Part shown: in pieces, positions 25,598 to 40,990 of the stretch
Layout: each line of letters starts with the position of its first letter
Position numbering within the stretch: the first letter of the stretch is position 1
NCBI GenBank assembly: GCA_964016885.1
Contig: OZ024764.1
Coordinates: 22,444,001 to 22,508,000, forward strand
DNA from: Eledone cirrhosa
Lineage: Eukaryota
Direction: 5' to 3'
DNA: 64,000 nucleotides
The notes under the pieces: model-generated
What the model saw: the letters and a program-made list of their open reading frames with translations, nothing else
Told to the model about the DNA's origin: nothing
Database searches by the model: none
Position numbers and translations under genes: made by a program

Positions 25598-25930
25598 TTA
25601 CCGAAGTACCCGATGACTCTTGTGAGGGTACTTAGCTGTTTGGGTGGTTTAGCCTCCATGACATGATTTTACTGAGATACCCGGTGATCTCTGTCAGTGT
25701 ACTTAGCTGTTCTGGCGGTTTAGCCTCCACATGACATGATTTTACCGAGATACCCGGTGATCTCAGTCAAGGTACTTAGCTGTTCTGGTAGCTTAGCCTC
25801 CATATGACCCGATCTTACCGAGATACCCGGCGATCTCTGTCAGGGTACTTAGCTGTTCTAGCAACTTAGCCCCCATATGACCCGATCTTACCGAAGTACC
25901 CGGTGATCTCTGTAAGAGTACTTAGCTGTT
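25598..25930. repeat. 72-73-bp tandem repeat, about 4.6 units
   Basis: Same unit as 9452-9708; the foldback site is empty. Confidence 0.8.
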
Positions 25931-26010
25931 ATATTTTAATTACATTTACTGATTTAAACTTTCATTTTTTATATGACAAACTTTACATAATTTAATTCCG
26001 TAAAAATATT

Positions 26011-26144
26011 TTACGTCACAAAAAAAACCTTGAAGCATGCGCAGTGGTGCAGTTGTCGACTTCCTGTCCACGTGTTAGTCTTCCTACAACAACATTTAGA
26101 CAACATTTCTGTAAATACTAAACACCTGAGACTATAATGTAAGT
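26011..26144 (+). promoter_or_regulatory. Putative promoter and exon 1 of ZNF-3
   Basis: Same motif cluster with the DR1-like site deleted; donor GTAAGT at 26139; acceptor CAG ends at 31756. Confidence 0.55.
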
Positions 26145-26893
26145 ATTATGTCTATTAATATTGTAGATTTAAGCTCACTTTTCACATCACAAATATATAT
26201 TTTATTGTTTGTTTCATTACTGGAAATATAAAATGTTATCGTAATTATCTATATTTTACCTACCTCTAATTAATTAAAGTGAAAACTTTTGTTGTTGCTG
26301 AAAAATAAATTAACAAAACTAAATATTTAAATATTCTAAAGGTCGTTTTTATATTATGTGATGATATAATTAATATATTTTATTACAATTGTATAAATTT
26401 ACAGTAGAATAACGTTGTAAATATGTTTTAAATATATACATAAATAACATAAGTGTGTAAATAACATTATAACTTGCTGGCAATTCCTTGAGAAAGACAT
26501 TACAAATATATTGTCTAAACTGTGTATAATAATATAATTTATTGAACAATAATGATAAAGGAAAGAAAAACACAGTGGGAGATGGCAGTTCACCACCAGG
26601 TGTGATAATAGGCCACATCTCCCACCTTAGGGGTTAACTACACACTTAGAGGCAAGCCAACACACTGGCAGCATTACTAAGGTGTTGAAATAACCAGGTA
26701 CCCCCACGGGTATCACCTGGTACCTCGGTAAGGCGAGGCTAAGGTGTTGAAATAACCAGGTACCCTCACGGGTATCACCTGACACCTCGGTAAGGTGAGG
26801 CTAAGGGGCTGAAATAACCAGGTACCCTCACGGGTATCACCTGACACCTTGGTAAGGTGAGTCTAAGGGGCTGAAATAACCAGGTACCCTCAC

Positions 26894-27249
26894 GGAAACG
26901 ACTAGATTTGTAGAAAAAGTAGGGTGAAAGTATACGAAGAGATGTAGTTTCACAGATCTACTCACACCTCACGTTGGGTGGGAAATAATTATTTTTCTCA
27001 GATTTTTTTCTAGACCCCTTTTCAATGTTTTCTCTGAACCCCTTAGATACTTGCAATAGACGTTTTATTCCCCAGTATTAGGGTTAGGGTTTCCGTTTTC
27101 AGGAAGAAAAGTCGATTGCAAACATCTAAGAGGTCGAGAAAAATTATAAGGAAAGATAATTATTTCCCAGCCAACTGGAGAAGTGTGTAGCTCTTCTAAA
27201 CTCTGATAATCCTGTCTCCCACTTTTTATCTACAAATCTAGTCGTTTCC
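26894..27249. mobile_element. Palindromic MITE, copy 2
   Basis: Same TIRs as 11342-11698. Confidence 0.75.
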
Positions 27250-27349
27250 TGCTACTTTGAAGGCCCTATTTATTGATAACACCACTTGTAAATCTTTGTC
27301 AACTTTTCATACGTAAATTGTGAATCAGTTATTTTTAAACAAACTATCA

Positions 27350-27600
27350 AAGAAGTGATCTCCCAGTAACTGTGTTTGATTTAATCAACTTATTCCCCCC
27401 AAACATTGTCTACCTTATGTCTCAATCAGAAACTATTATAAGATCTTAAATCAACCTCGTAAAGATGAAGGGCAAATCTAACCACGGCGGGATTTCAACC
27501 CTTTATGTTATGAGTTCAAATCCCACCAAAGTTAACTTTGTCTTTCATTCTAACGGAGTGGATAAATTAAAGTTCCAGTAATCTACTGGGGTCTGAGATA
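27350..27600. mobile_element. Two head-to-head degenerate SINE fragments
   Basis: B-box-like GAGTTCAAATCCC plus CTTTGTCTTTCAT on +, with an inverted relative at 27450-27500. Confidence 0.45.
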
Positions 27601-27650
27601 TTAACGTTTGAGTAGATTCTATCTTTTGTGTGTTTGTATTTATAATCTTA

Positions 27651-27815
27651 CTAGAAACCCTGTGACCTGTTGCGTCACGTTCCCTTTAAAAATAATATTT
27701 AAATAATTAAAATATACACAGACATGTATATAATGTAAAATGAAATTAGTAGGCCCATGTATATATATATATATATATGCGTGTGTGTGTATATATATAT
27801 ATATGCGTGTGTGTG

Positions 27816-27884
<69 letters not shown>

Positions 27885-28160
27885 GTCACTTGTTATAATT
27901 TTATAACTTTGTTCAACAGCACCACCAGCTATCTCTCTCACACACACCCATTATCTTTCTCTCTATTTATAAAGGTGCCAGAAAAACCCCATATCTCGGG
28001 AACCTGTGCATTGATTTACGTGAAACTTATTTTATCCCATTTGTATTCCCATTTCAGGGTCAACTTCCTTTCAAACTATTTTCCCATTATGCCCCGTTTT
28101 GGCTGTATTACATTACAGACAAGACACAATCACAGAGTTTTAGGTTTATAATGTTATAGT
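27651..28160 (-). mobile_element. Non-autonomous Helitron, same family, reverse orientation
   Basis: The reverse complement ends GGGAACGTGACGCAACAGGTCACAGGGTTTCTAG|T; the body matches 3343-3704; long (TA/TG)n interior. Confidence 0.7.
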
Positions 28161-28304
28161 ATCATGATAGGGTAATACAGTTATTTATAGACCTGTGGTA
28201 AATGTTGGTTCAGTCCACCCTGGGGGGTGTAAGTGTTGGTTCAGTCTACCCTGAGGGGTGTCAGTATTGGTTAATGATAACCTTTATAACTAGAGGCCTG
28301 TTGG

Positions 28305-28660
28305 TGAGGAAAAGCTGGAAGTGGTGACATCTTTCTGCTACCTGTGTGACATGTCAGCTGGAAGTGGAGCCAAGTTCACTGCCATTGTGCTGTGCCACTC
28401 CACAGGTAACAAGTTTAGGCAGCTTCTCCTAATCCTCAAGAAATGCTGGCTACCATTAGACACCATGGGGCAGATTTATAACACCTGTGGGAGAAGTGTG
28501 TTGTTTCATGCCAGCGAGACCTGGGCCATGTTATCTGACTGTCTGAATTGACTCTGAAGAAATGACAGAGCTATGATCCACTGGATGTGTAGTGTGACCA
28601 TTGAGGATGATGTCAGCTCAACTGAGCTCTTAAAAAAACTGCTGATCGACAACCTTAAGG
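28305..28660 (+). mobile_element. RTE C-terminal fragment
   Basis: SFCYLCDM...IYNTCGRSVLFHASETWA...RAMIHWMC. Confidence 0.6.
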
Positions 28661-31310
28661 ATGTGTTTCACAGGAGACACATGCACTGGTATGGCCATGT
28701 TGTGCATTCTCTCTCAACTCATCTATGCTTGGTCGTTGATGCACATTGACATTGCACATCCAACGGAGCATACTTGCTTCATTTCTCTCCAGCCATCGCA
28801 TATCCTCCACAGTTGCTGTGCATGTCTCACTACCGTGCAGCATCACACATCTCACGCAGGCATCACAAGCCATTCGTTCTTAGAGAGAAACCCTTCTTTG
28901 TCAACAGAGGAAGCAGCTCCCTAAACTTCTTCCAACCTGTCCTTATTCTAGATACTATGGCCTCTGAGCACCCTCCTCCCATGCTAATTTGATCACCTAG
29001 ATACCGGAAGCTATCAACCACTTCTATAGAACCTATCTGCATTTGAAAAATGTGTCTATCACTGCGACTTCTACTGTCAAATTTCCCTGTACATCTACTG
29101 CATATGTATTTTTTCCTACCTGTTAGTTTGCCTGCTATCCCACTACATTTCTTGTGTACCCAAAATCTGCATTGTGTACATTATAGAATTTATGCCAGTT
29201 CCTTTTCTACATATCGAACAAGGCCATTTCCCTGATGGAATGACAGTTTTGTCCTCTTTTCTACTCATCAACACTTTAGTCTTAGCTAGGTTCACTCTCA
29301 GTCCTCTTGATTCCAACTGCTGTTGGAATAGCCAGAATTTATTCTCTAGCTCCTCTACTGATTCTGCTATAAGAACCATATCGTCAGCATAGAGAACTTC
29401 CCATGGCCACCTAGTCTTAAACTCCTCTGTTATGACATGGAGGACTATAATGAACAAGAGCGTGCTGAGGACCGAAACCTGATGTACTCCTACTTGTATC
29501 TGGAATTCCTCACTAAACTCCATGCCTACCCTCACTTTACTGACAGCACCTCTGTACATAGCTTGCACTGTCCTCACAAACTATTCCTCTACACCTAGTT
29601 TCCTTAGGGACCACCAGATGACAGATTGGGGTACTCTATCAAAGGCCTTCTCTAGGTCAACAAAAACTAAGTATAGTGGTTTTTTTCTCTAAGAACCTCT
29701 CTTGTAGTTGTCTCACTAAGAAGAGGGCATCTGTTTGACTCTTTCTCTAAGTTGTGCTAGTATTCTTTCTGTCACTTTCATAACCTGATCCATCAGTTTT
29801 ATACCCCTATAATTACTCCCCTCCAGAACATCCCCTTTACCTTTACCTCAATTTATGAGAATACTGCTGCACCAGTCTTTGGGTATGACACCACCATATA
29901 TAGCTTGATTAATGATGCATGCAACCAGTTTAATTCCTACTTCTCTTGATGCCTTCAGCATCTCAGCAACTATCCCCAACAGTCCAGCGGACTTACCATT
30001 TTTCATTTCCTTAATTGGACCCTATAGTCATCAATCTCAATAGCTGGTCCTTCTGTCGGGTCTACTGAAGGTAGCTCCCCTCCTATTCATTCTCCACATT
30101 CATCAGTCTCTCATAATGACATTTCCAGGCCTCCTTTTTTTTATAGAATCAGTGACACTAAGTGCACCAACACCCTGATTTACACTGACACACTGCCTTG
30201 CAATGTGGATCACCGCACATCTCTGATCTCCCCATCGCAGGACATTGGCAAACCTTCTACTCTCACCCTCCCTGCATGTTAAGTAGGCCTGACATCTAGC
30301 TTCTCTCTTAGCGGCTGTGAATCGGTCTCTACCCCTACCATTTTTCCAAGCCTTTTGTCTCTAATGGCTCTATCTACCGTGCTGTTCCACCACCAGGTCA
30401 CCCTCTGTCTGGTTGGAACTCTGCTCCAGCCACAAGTTTCTTCAGTAACCTGCAGTAAGTTGTCACGTACGAAATTCCAGTTATCGTCCATGTCATACGA
30501 CTCTAAATCGTCTTCTTTTTCGCCATACACATCTTGAAGGGCTTGCCTAAATTTATATTTTAGTGAAAGGTCTTTTAGTTTCCAGACCTTCCTTTTTCAC
30601 ACCTTCTTGTATGTCTCTCCTTGTCTCTTGCTTACTGAGATATCACTAACGACTAACCTATGTTGGTGGGGTACATTGTACCCTGGGGTATGCCTTAGTA
30701 TTTGACACCATCTGTCTCTCTTGCTACTTAACTAGCAAGAAGTCAATCTGTCTCATGTGCTCACCTGCTTGGTAGGTTATTAGGTGGTTGGTAGGTTTCT
30801 TGAAATGTTGCAAATGCTTAGTTCACTTGCATCACAAAATACAAGAAGCCTCACTCTTTCTTCGTTTCTTGAGCCATAACCATGACCACCATGTACCCCA
30901 GTATATCCATCCTGGAACTGTCCAACATGACCATTGAAGTCCCCTGCTATTATAACTAGGTCTCTGTCATTGTGGTTATCTCTACTTATTCCTTTTCTAC
31001 ATATGGAGCAGGGCCACTTTCCTGAAGGTGTCAGGGTCTTCTCTCCTATCCATTAGCACTTTAGTTTTGGCTAAGTATATTCTCAGAACTTACCATTTCA
31101 AATTCTATATCTATAGTTGGTCATCTACATAGAGAAGTTTCCATAGACAGCCAGTCTTAAACCTCTCTGTTATGGCTTGGAGAACTATGATGAACAACAG
31201 TGGGCTAAGAACTAAACCATGATGAACTCCTACCTGTACCTTCAATTCCTCACTAAACACACAGCTTCTCACAAGCCATTCTTCTACACCTAATTTCTTT
31301 AACCCTTTAG
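28661..31310 (-). mobile_element. Degenerate RTE LINE plus a second RT fragment
   Basis: ORF pieces TWWWNSTVD, GVHQVSVLS, LYADD, KWPCSIC, MLHGSET; a second RT piece at 30980-31310 (LYVDD). Confidence 0.85.
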
Positions 31311-31511
31311 TATATAAACTGGCCATATCTGGCCAGAATTGTCTCGTGTCTTTCTGTTCAAACTGGCCGTAACTGGTCATTTATACTTATGTTAAGGTAT
31401 TGTTCTCCAAATAAGCAACATCAAAATCTCATAGATTTGATATTATGAGAGATAAAGCATTTACTGTGAAAATATAATAGTAAATATAGAGTAATGTGAA
31501 TACTAAAGGGT

Positions 31512-31612
31512 TAATCTGATGTCACTAATAACTACTTTTATCTGTCAGTTTAATCTAATGTCACTAATAACTACTTTTATCAGTCAGTCTAATCTAATGT
31601 CACTAATAACTA
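31512..31612. repeat. 39-bp minisatellite seed, about 2.6 units
   Basis: Same unit as the array at 48872-50336. Confidence 0.85.
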
Positions 31613-31949
31613 ACCTATGTTAGTCAGCACATTCTTCACCAAGGAAGGCCTTAGTATTTATTACAGTCCATTTATCAATATAGAAATATTACATGAAATT
31701 TGTACTGATGTATTACAAGTTTCTGAGTATCTTATAATGTTCTTTTATTGTTTCAGAATACCAGAGGACATTGGCATTAAAGAGCACGTTACATCAGACA
31801 TATCCTCAATATTAACCATTTCTAATGAAAGACACTAACCATCATTTTCAAATAATTTTGAAAACACTCAACACTTTGAAGTGATTTAGTAATATAACTA
31901 AATTTCTCAGTATTAAGCTGTGAATAATGTGAGAAACTGAGGTGATTGA

Positions 31950-32747
<798 letters not shown>

Positions 32748-33395
32748 CTGTATCAATATCAAACTCATTACATCATACTACAACAACCAATGTGTAGATC
32801 CATCATCCTGGCTTAAACTGGGGTTAACCTTGTAGGTTTTGTCTATGACAGGGACCATAAAACCAGGTTTCCATTTTTGAAGTAGTGTTTGAAGATTTTG
32901 TGTAAAATGAAGTTTTTCACATTAAACTTTGACTTATTATACTTTAACAGGTAAGATATATATTTGTATTTTTAGTAAAGGTTGGGAACTTCTGTAATTT
33001 AAACATGCCAATAAAATGAAAACTTTTGTTGTTGCTAGTCTGACATTGATATTAATTCTATTGTCCTGTACATTGTCTCAAATATCACAGATTAAACAGA
33101 TTTTAACAATAACAACAGAAATCAATAACTTGTAAGCCTAATATCTAGCTTCCATTTTAACTATTTGATATTGTTGTTCCCCTCCTGTCTCTTCAGGTCT
33201 TTTAGATTTCAACTTCTATCTACTGTACTATTCCATCACCAAGGCAACATTCATCTGGCTGGCAGCTTACATCAGCTACAGATCTCATCAGTGGTTCACA
33301 ACAGGCTGTCTGTAAGAAACTTCCAGATATCTTCTATGTCATAGCTATCAATCTCCTCCTCCTTATCATATGTATCATGTAGAACATCTCTGAAT

Positions 33396-33960
33396 TTATA
33401 TTTAACAAGGAGATCTTTTACTATCCCTAACCTTGTCTCTAGGTTGTCTTGTACCTCTCTCACAGTCCCTCTAGATCTTATATTTAACAGGGAGATCTTT
33501 TACTGTCTCTACCCTTATCTCTAGGTTGTCTTGAGCCTCTCACAGTCCCTCTAGATTTTATATTTAACAGGGAGATCTTTTACTATCCCTACCCTTTATT
33601 TAGGTTGTCTTGTACCTCTCTCACAGTCCTTCTAGATCTTATATTTAACAGGAAGATCTTTTATTATCTCTACCCTTTATTTAGGTTGCCTTGTACCTCT
33701 CACACAGTCCCTCTAGATCTTATATTTAACAGGGAGATATTTTACTATCTCTACCCTTTTCTCTAGGTTGTCTTGTACCTCTCTCACAGTCCCTCTAGAT
33801 CTTATATTTAACAGGGAGATGTTTTACTGTCCCTACCCTTTTCTCTAGGTCGTCTTGTACCTCTCACAGTCCCTGTAGATCTTATATTTAACAGGGAGAT
33901 CTTTTAATCTCCAACCCTTCTACAGATAGTCTTGTATATGTCATTCCCTCTAGATCTTAC
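33396..33960. repeat. 82-bp minisatellite, about 7 units
   Basis: Same unit as 1742-2560. Confidence 0.85.
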
Positions 33961-34249
33961 ACCTAGTATCTAGTCTATGTTGAGTGGTACGTCCTTCTCC
34001 AGTAAAGGAGTTAATATTCCCAACCATCTGTCTATCCTGTTTTCTGATGAGAATGAAGTCAATCTAGTTTATCTCTTCACCTGATTGAAGTAACTAGATC
34101 AAGTAACTAGATGGTTTCCTGTAAGTTAGTGTTGCAGTGTTTGAGTCACCATGTAAGGTTTATATCTATTAATATAGAGATGTAGTAAAGTTTTCACTGT
34201 TGTATCTCTATTTTCTAAATATCTTAATAATGTTTCTCTCCTATTTCAG

Positions 34250-34633
34250 AATATCACATGACCTTGACAGAAAAGAGTCTTTTAAAGACAACAGAAAGAT
34301 GTTACATTCAAGTGATATAAACTTGTTTAGTCTGTGGTGAATTATGGTGAAATATTTCTTCTGAATTGAGATAAATAACAACATTTTCCTTTTTCACTGT
34401 CTGGAATATTTACAAGATGATTTTACATTCTGATTAAACTTTGGATATTTCCAAAGGAGTTTTCAAAATATTTGGATATTGACAAAGATCACATTTGATA
34501 AAATTATGAACAATAGAAATATTTACATCAACATAGGAATATTTTCCAGAAGGGATGGGAAAATCATTATACCACTGTAGTATTTGTGGTAAAGTATTCT
34601 CTCTTCTTTATATGTAGAACATCTAAATAAACA
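34250..34633 (+). pseudogene. Relic ZNF exon, copy 3
   Basis: Acceptor ends at 34249; MGKSLYHCSICGKVFS near 34554. Confidence 0.6.
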
Positions 34634-34741
34634 CTTTAACAAACTATTGTGCTATAGAATTGACAAACTTGAGGAATGTTTAATAAATGTTACAGATTTC
34701 TCCAAACTGTCGTTTACTAACTTTAATTTGAAGCTATATTA

Positions 34742-35464
34742 TCTATATACTACTAAAACTCTGTGATTGTGTCTTGTCCGTAATTTAATACAGCTAAAAC
34801 AGTGCATAATGGGGAAATAATTTGAAAGGAATAAAACAAGTTTTTTATAAATTGTAGCACAGGTTCCCAAGATACGGTGTTTTCTGGGTACCTTGATAAA
34901 TATAGGGAGAGAAAGAGATAGTGGTTGTGAGAGAGTGGGAGCTGGTGGTGTTAAATAGAATGTATGTGTATATATATATATATATATATATAGATACACG
35001 TATCTATATATATATACGTATGTGCATATATATGTATCTATATATATATACGGATGAAGCATATAGACAATATGCCCCCACACCCTCCCACTGCAAGGTG
35101 GTCGTGGTGGTGCCACAGCAAAAAAGCACCGAGCCCACACTGTAAAGTGGACATGTAGGTGCCACGAAAAAGCACCCAGCACTCACTGTAAATGAGGTTG
35201 GTGTTAGGAAGGGCATCCAGCTGTAGAAATCGAGCCAAATCAGTTGCTGTATGAGCAAGGCATGGTCAGCCGACCTGACACTGCCCACAACAGGTCAATT
35301 CGTCTAACCCATGCTAGCGTGGAAGAACGGACATAAAACGGTGATGATGATGATGATATATATATATACGTATGTGTATATTTTAACTGTTTAAAAATTA
35401 TTTTAAATGACTTTTAAAAAGTAGTGATAAAGGAACGTGACCCAACAGGTCCCGGGTGATCTAG
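34742..35464 (+). mobile_element. Helitron copy 3 with a nested RTE tail/SINE (about 35051-35357)
   Basis: TC start, hairpin and CTAG end. The nested element ends in (GAT)n inside a (TA)n tract. Confidence 0.7.
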
Positions 35465-36944
35465 TTTGTTACTAATTACTAGATATTAGAGGGTCATGTT
35501 GTTCTAGATGTGCTGGAAGAGCCATTCAATCTCGTGAGGCTCACACCAGCAGCTAGCCACCTCAGCACCTATGGTGGTATATTTATTATATTATTTATTC
35601 TTTATCATTAACATTAATATAAAAGATAATTATATATTTTTAGAGAAGAACCTCTAATTTCATATAGCTTAGGGCTTCAGTAGGTAAAAGTCTGGCCCTG
35701 CTTGTCTTGTATTTTTTAGGGGAGAAGTTAGGGAATACAGTTATTGTGTGAAAGTTTTCTAAATCTTCTTCAGCCACTAACATGGAGAAGATATTTCAGT
35801 AAGAAGGTTCACATCCTGACATCTATAGCTGTTAACAATGAGATTGGAATTCATTATTAAACAAATGTTATATCATCATCACTGTTTAACATCAGTTTTT
35901 TCACGCTGGCATGGGTTAGACGAGTTATCCTGTTGTAAGCAATGCCAGGTCAGGTGATCACGTGTTGCTCCTACATAACAAATTTTGGATTGGTTTCTAC
36001 AGCTGGATGCACCAACCTTATGTACATTAAGTACTGGGTGCATTTTACCATCTCACCATCACTACCACTTTACAGTTTGGGCTGGGTGCTTTTTGTTGTG
36101 ACAGCTACATGACCACTTTACAGTGTGCGTTGGGTACTTTTTGTTGTGACACCAACATGACCATTTTAAAGTTTTGGCTGGGTACTTTTTGTTGTCACCT
36201 ACATGACCGCTTTACGGTGTGGGCTGGTTTCTTTATGTCATATCACCTACATGACCACCTTATAGTGTTGGCTGTGTGGGTTGGGTGCTTTTTGTCATAT
36301 CTCCTACCCAACCACTTTGCAGTGTGGGCAGTGAAATATCAGTAATCAGAAGAAGGGAGGTAGGCATAAAAGCCAAACTTGCTGTCTTCAATTAGGTTTT
36401 TGTACCAACCCTTACCTATGGTCACATATCTTGGGTACTGACCAAAAGAATATGATTGGGAATAAAAATGGCAGGTATGGAATTCTTCTGAAGGGTCTTT
36501 GAGTGAACTTTTCTCAATAAAGCTTGGCTGGTCTCTCTGGGAGATCCAGCCAGATCAGTTGGAGTGGGTTGCTTCTGACAGGACCTGTTGGAGGGAGTGT
36601 TTGAGGACTCTGCTCCCAAGACCCTCTCTGGAATAAGTGGGTTAATAAGAAGAGGTTGAGGTTACATAATCAACATCAGATTTCCCTGCTAGCAAGGGTT
36701 TAATGAGTCTACTTCAACCAAGTAAGTACTGAAGTGAGGCTACTGATCTCCCAGACAGACCAAGAATCTGAGACTTATTTACATAAGGTCTCATTTGCTA
36801 CTGAGTGCACAGAAAAGGTTGTCATGTCTTTGTCATGATTGAAGGGTTCTCCGACCCTATTGTCGGGCAAGCTTTCTATGACTAGATGTCCTTCACATGA
36901 CCAACCACATTACAGCCTGTGTTGGGTGTGTTTATCATGTAGGT

Positions 36945-38974
36945 GAGACATAACAAACTGAGGGTTCCCCAAGGTCCACATAGGTCACATGTGTTGTTTG
37001 AGGGTTGCACACTACAACTAATTATGTACATTACAACTAATTAAAGTCATTTAATAAAATATATTGCAGAAAGATTTGTTACTTAAATTTAGAAACATAC
37101 AATGTACATACAAATGTTTTAGCAGCATTCATGAATACAAAGTAATGAAGTAGTTTGATAAAAAACTAAAATTTCACATGTCAACATATACTTGCAGATT
37201 GTAACAGCAACAAATACATTGTACACAAATAACAACAGTTGAAAACTGAACATTTATTTGCTACTATTCAACCATTTTTAGTGTTTTGTCCTGAGGCTTG
37301 ACACTTCTTTCTGTTGACAATGTTTGGTATATCTGGCTGAAATGTCTGTACAGTTCCAACTTTAATCAGAAATGACAAGTGTTGATCTTTCAGCCTTGTT
37401 CTCTGAGAAGTTTTTGTTAAGCTAAGTACAGACTCAGTATGGGCAGTGATTTTCAGCTCTTTGCACATAAGAAAATGAATTAAATTTTTATCTGACAACG
37501 GAGACTTCCATAAGCTAAGTTTTCTAATGAAGAACTTGATGTCATCATACAACTGAGTGATGGGTTTGTTTTTACCTTGTAATTTCAAATTAAGATCAGT
37601 TAATTGTGCAGTAATATCCACAAATAAAGCCAGATGTTGGAGCCAACTTTCATCTTTTATCTCATCTGTGTTTTGACCGTTCATCTCCAAAATCATAATT
37701 ATTTCAACAAATAGCATCTTTTCAGCACTTTGTGACATGTCAACCAGCAGACTTCTGTGTAGAATGGAACATCGGTGAACTGATTATCCATATCTTCCAA
37801 CAACTGGCTGAACTGACGGTGGTTGCGAGCACGGCCTCTGGTTTAGTTCACTGTCTTTGTGACCAAGCTAAGCACATGATGCAATTTTAAAATCTTTGAA
37901 CATAAATTTTGCTGATGAATAATAGTGAAAATGTGCAAATGATGAATCTAGATATGAGTTTTCTATTTTTGTTTGTAACTTGGCAGCAACACCATTATGT
38001 CTATCAACCATATTTGCAGCACTGTCAGTAGATAAACATGCAAGTTTACTCAGATCAAAACCATGCAGACCCTGCTTGACCTTCTCAAAGATGTCCTGGC
38101 TTGTTATAATGTCATGCATGGGGACCAGTTCAATCAGTTCTTCATAAATATTAAATTCACAGTCACAGGCCCTGATGAAGAATGCAAGCTGTACTATTCC
38201 AGTGATGTCAACAGTCTCATCAATAGCAATAGAAACATGTTCAAACCTTGATGATACAGCCTTTAACTGTTGTTTCAGATCACCTGACATTTCATTAATC
38301 TATTCAGCAACAGTGTTCCTGGTTAATGAAATGTCTTTGAATAACTCTGCTTTCTCTGGACAATTTCAGCTGTTTTTACAAAATCTCCTTCACTCTAAGA
38401 TTTCCCACTCATGGCAATCATTTGACTGAGTTCATAGCTTGCAGTAACGGAAGTGACATTCTCTTCCTGAATTAACATAAAACAGGTCTGTTGCTGTGTC
38501 AAGTTAGACTTCAATTCCCTCAGTCTTGAAATACACATTGGGGCTTCATATTTATCGTAAGATCGACGGTTTGTTTCATAATGTCTTTTTGAATTGTACT
38601 CTTTTGGCCTGGCGATGTAGTTGTTGCAAATTAAACAGTGTATCTTTCTGTTCAGCGTTGAGCAAAAGTACTGGAATTCCCACTTTTCTTGAAACACTTG
38701 CCCTTCTTCGTTCAATTTCTTTTTTCTCTTAGCTGGAGGAGCACTAACCATTTCAAAAACAAAATCTTTTGAAATTTTGAAAGAAAGTTTTCTGTTAATG
38801 AGCTGCACGTGATTAATGGCAGTTAAAAGTAGTTGACAAAATTTGCACAAAAAAATTAATTGTATCGAAAATGTTTTAAATTTTATATTACGAAAATGAA
38901 ACATGCTCGCACTGTAAAAACCTTTGTGTGGGCCGCAGGTTTGCTTGCAAAGCGCTGCATGTTTGACATGTCTG
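36945..38974 (-). mobile_element. hAT Buster/SPIN-like transposon, copy 3
   Basis: TSD ATGTAGGT at 36937-36944 and 38975-38982; SIAIDETVD catalytic-region motif. Confidence 0.9.
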
Positions 38975-39079
38975 ATGTAGGTTACCAACACTAGGGAGGG
39001 CAGCATGTCCTTCAGTGTGTTCTGCTACATTAACTACCAGGAGGTCACCACATGAGACAAAGAATACATTTCAAAGAAG

Positions 39080-39905
39080 GGTCATAAAAGAACTAAATAC
39101 GAAAGTACCCACAGCAAAAAGGAAATAATTGAGCTTTGGGTCTAGGTCAAGGGGCAGAAGTGCTGTGCCCTGTTAATAAGACTGAAAAAGTATTCGCCCC
39201 GGACTATGGACAGTTACACCCACTGCAACAGCCACCCCAACCTAATGGGGCTCCCTCTTCAGAAGAGCCACCAACGTTCTGATCTTACAGAGGAGCTTGG
39301 TAGTACGGGGTCCAAGTACTTTTGAGGTCTCGATGGTGACCGGTGTGAAGAGACCTACAATTGATGTCATCCCAGTTATGTTGGACTGTAATATACTGGG
39401 GTATAGTGAGGCCTTAACCTGTCACAGCCGAGCCACCCAGGGTTGTGTCATCTAGGTACCAGACAGGGGTAACTAGACCATGTTGTCAACTGTCAGCACC
39501 AATAGGAGTGAGGCGAGTGGTCCCCTTGCTAGACACCATATATAAAACGTATTTGCTAATTACTTTAATGAATAATTTGTTTCATACGTAATTATTACTT
39601 TTAACACGATAGGATTTTGTACACGTGTTTGTTTGAAAACATCTTTCAAAGAAGTATGAGACAGTCTTTTGTAGTGTTTATTATAATAAATTACTGTATG
39701 TTGAGCTGTTTTAACTTCTCCACCTTCTATTAATTCATATTGTTTTTGTAAAAAAACGATATCTTTTTCATATATATATATGAATGCGTGTGGCTGAGTG
39801 GTTAGAGAATTGGATTCGGAATTGTGAGGTTGTGAGTTCGATTCTCAGACTAGGCGATGCGTTATGTCCTTGAGCAAGACATTTTATTTCACGTTGCTCC
39901 TTCTA
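39080..39905. mobile_element. CRE fragment (-, to about 39537) and tRNA-SINE (+, 39782-39905), copy 3
   Basis: Homologous to 7780-8580. Confidence 0.65.
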
Positions 39906-40990
39906 CCTGGAGTTGCGACCGATAGATAGTATTAGCAATTGGAAAGACCAATGGAAACATTGTTTCCTCGGTCAGATTTGACTAAAAGTCGATCATTAAA
40001 AAAATATATATTTATATATATATAGAGAGAGATAGAGAAACACACAAGCGTACACTACTGTAAAACATATGTAAGGGTAGACAACTCTCGTTACATCCCC
40101 CTCTTCTTTTTATATACGTCCTTTAAATACTTTGTTCAATGGAACCTGCTTTATTTTGTGTCCTAAGTAGATTTCTGTTTAAGTATTTACGAGATTCACA
40201 ATGATTCACGTAACCAAGTTACTTACATAGAGATATATTTCACATAGAATCACAACAAATGAAAATATTAAGTCAACACTCTGTCAATCAGTCTCACATC
40301 ACATGGGGTGCCGGAGTCTCCTTCTAATACTTTCTGAGACAGTCTTACCTCGAGTGATAGCAAGGCTAAGATGTTGGAACTACCAAACACCCTCATATGT
40401 ATCACCTGACACCTCGGTAAGGAGAGCTGCCAAAGATAACAAGAACCTCGTTGTCAGGGACCTATCTCCTCCAAACTTCTCCAACACCACAGACTAGAAT
40501 ATTCTACTCTTTATTCCCTATCAAATATATTTCAGTCTAGTCATTTATCTTGTATCTTGTATATATATTTTCAAAACTAACTGTCACATTTGTGAGACCC
40601 CAGTTAGTGATGTTTTTGTCTCCCTCCCACATCCTACATGCTGTAGTAAAAGTGAGGGTCACTGCTTCTGTAGACGAACGAAATAAAAGTTAAACTACCA
40701 GTAATTATCGGCAAAGTATTTATTCCAGTCTGTGATGTTTGAGAAGCTGGGCTGCTGACAACGAAGTTGTTGTCACTGTTGGCGGCTGGCTTTACCGAAG
40801 TACCCGATGACTCTTGTGAGGGTGCTTAGCTGTTCTGGCGGTTTAGCCTCCATATGACCCGATCTTACCGAGATACCCGGTGATCTTTGTAAGAGTACTT
40901 AGCTGTTCTATTTTAATTACATTTACTGTTTTCAACTTTATTTTTTTTTTATTACAAACTTTACATAATTTAATTCGGTAAAAATATTTT

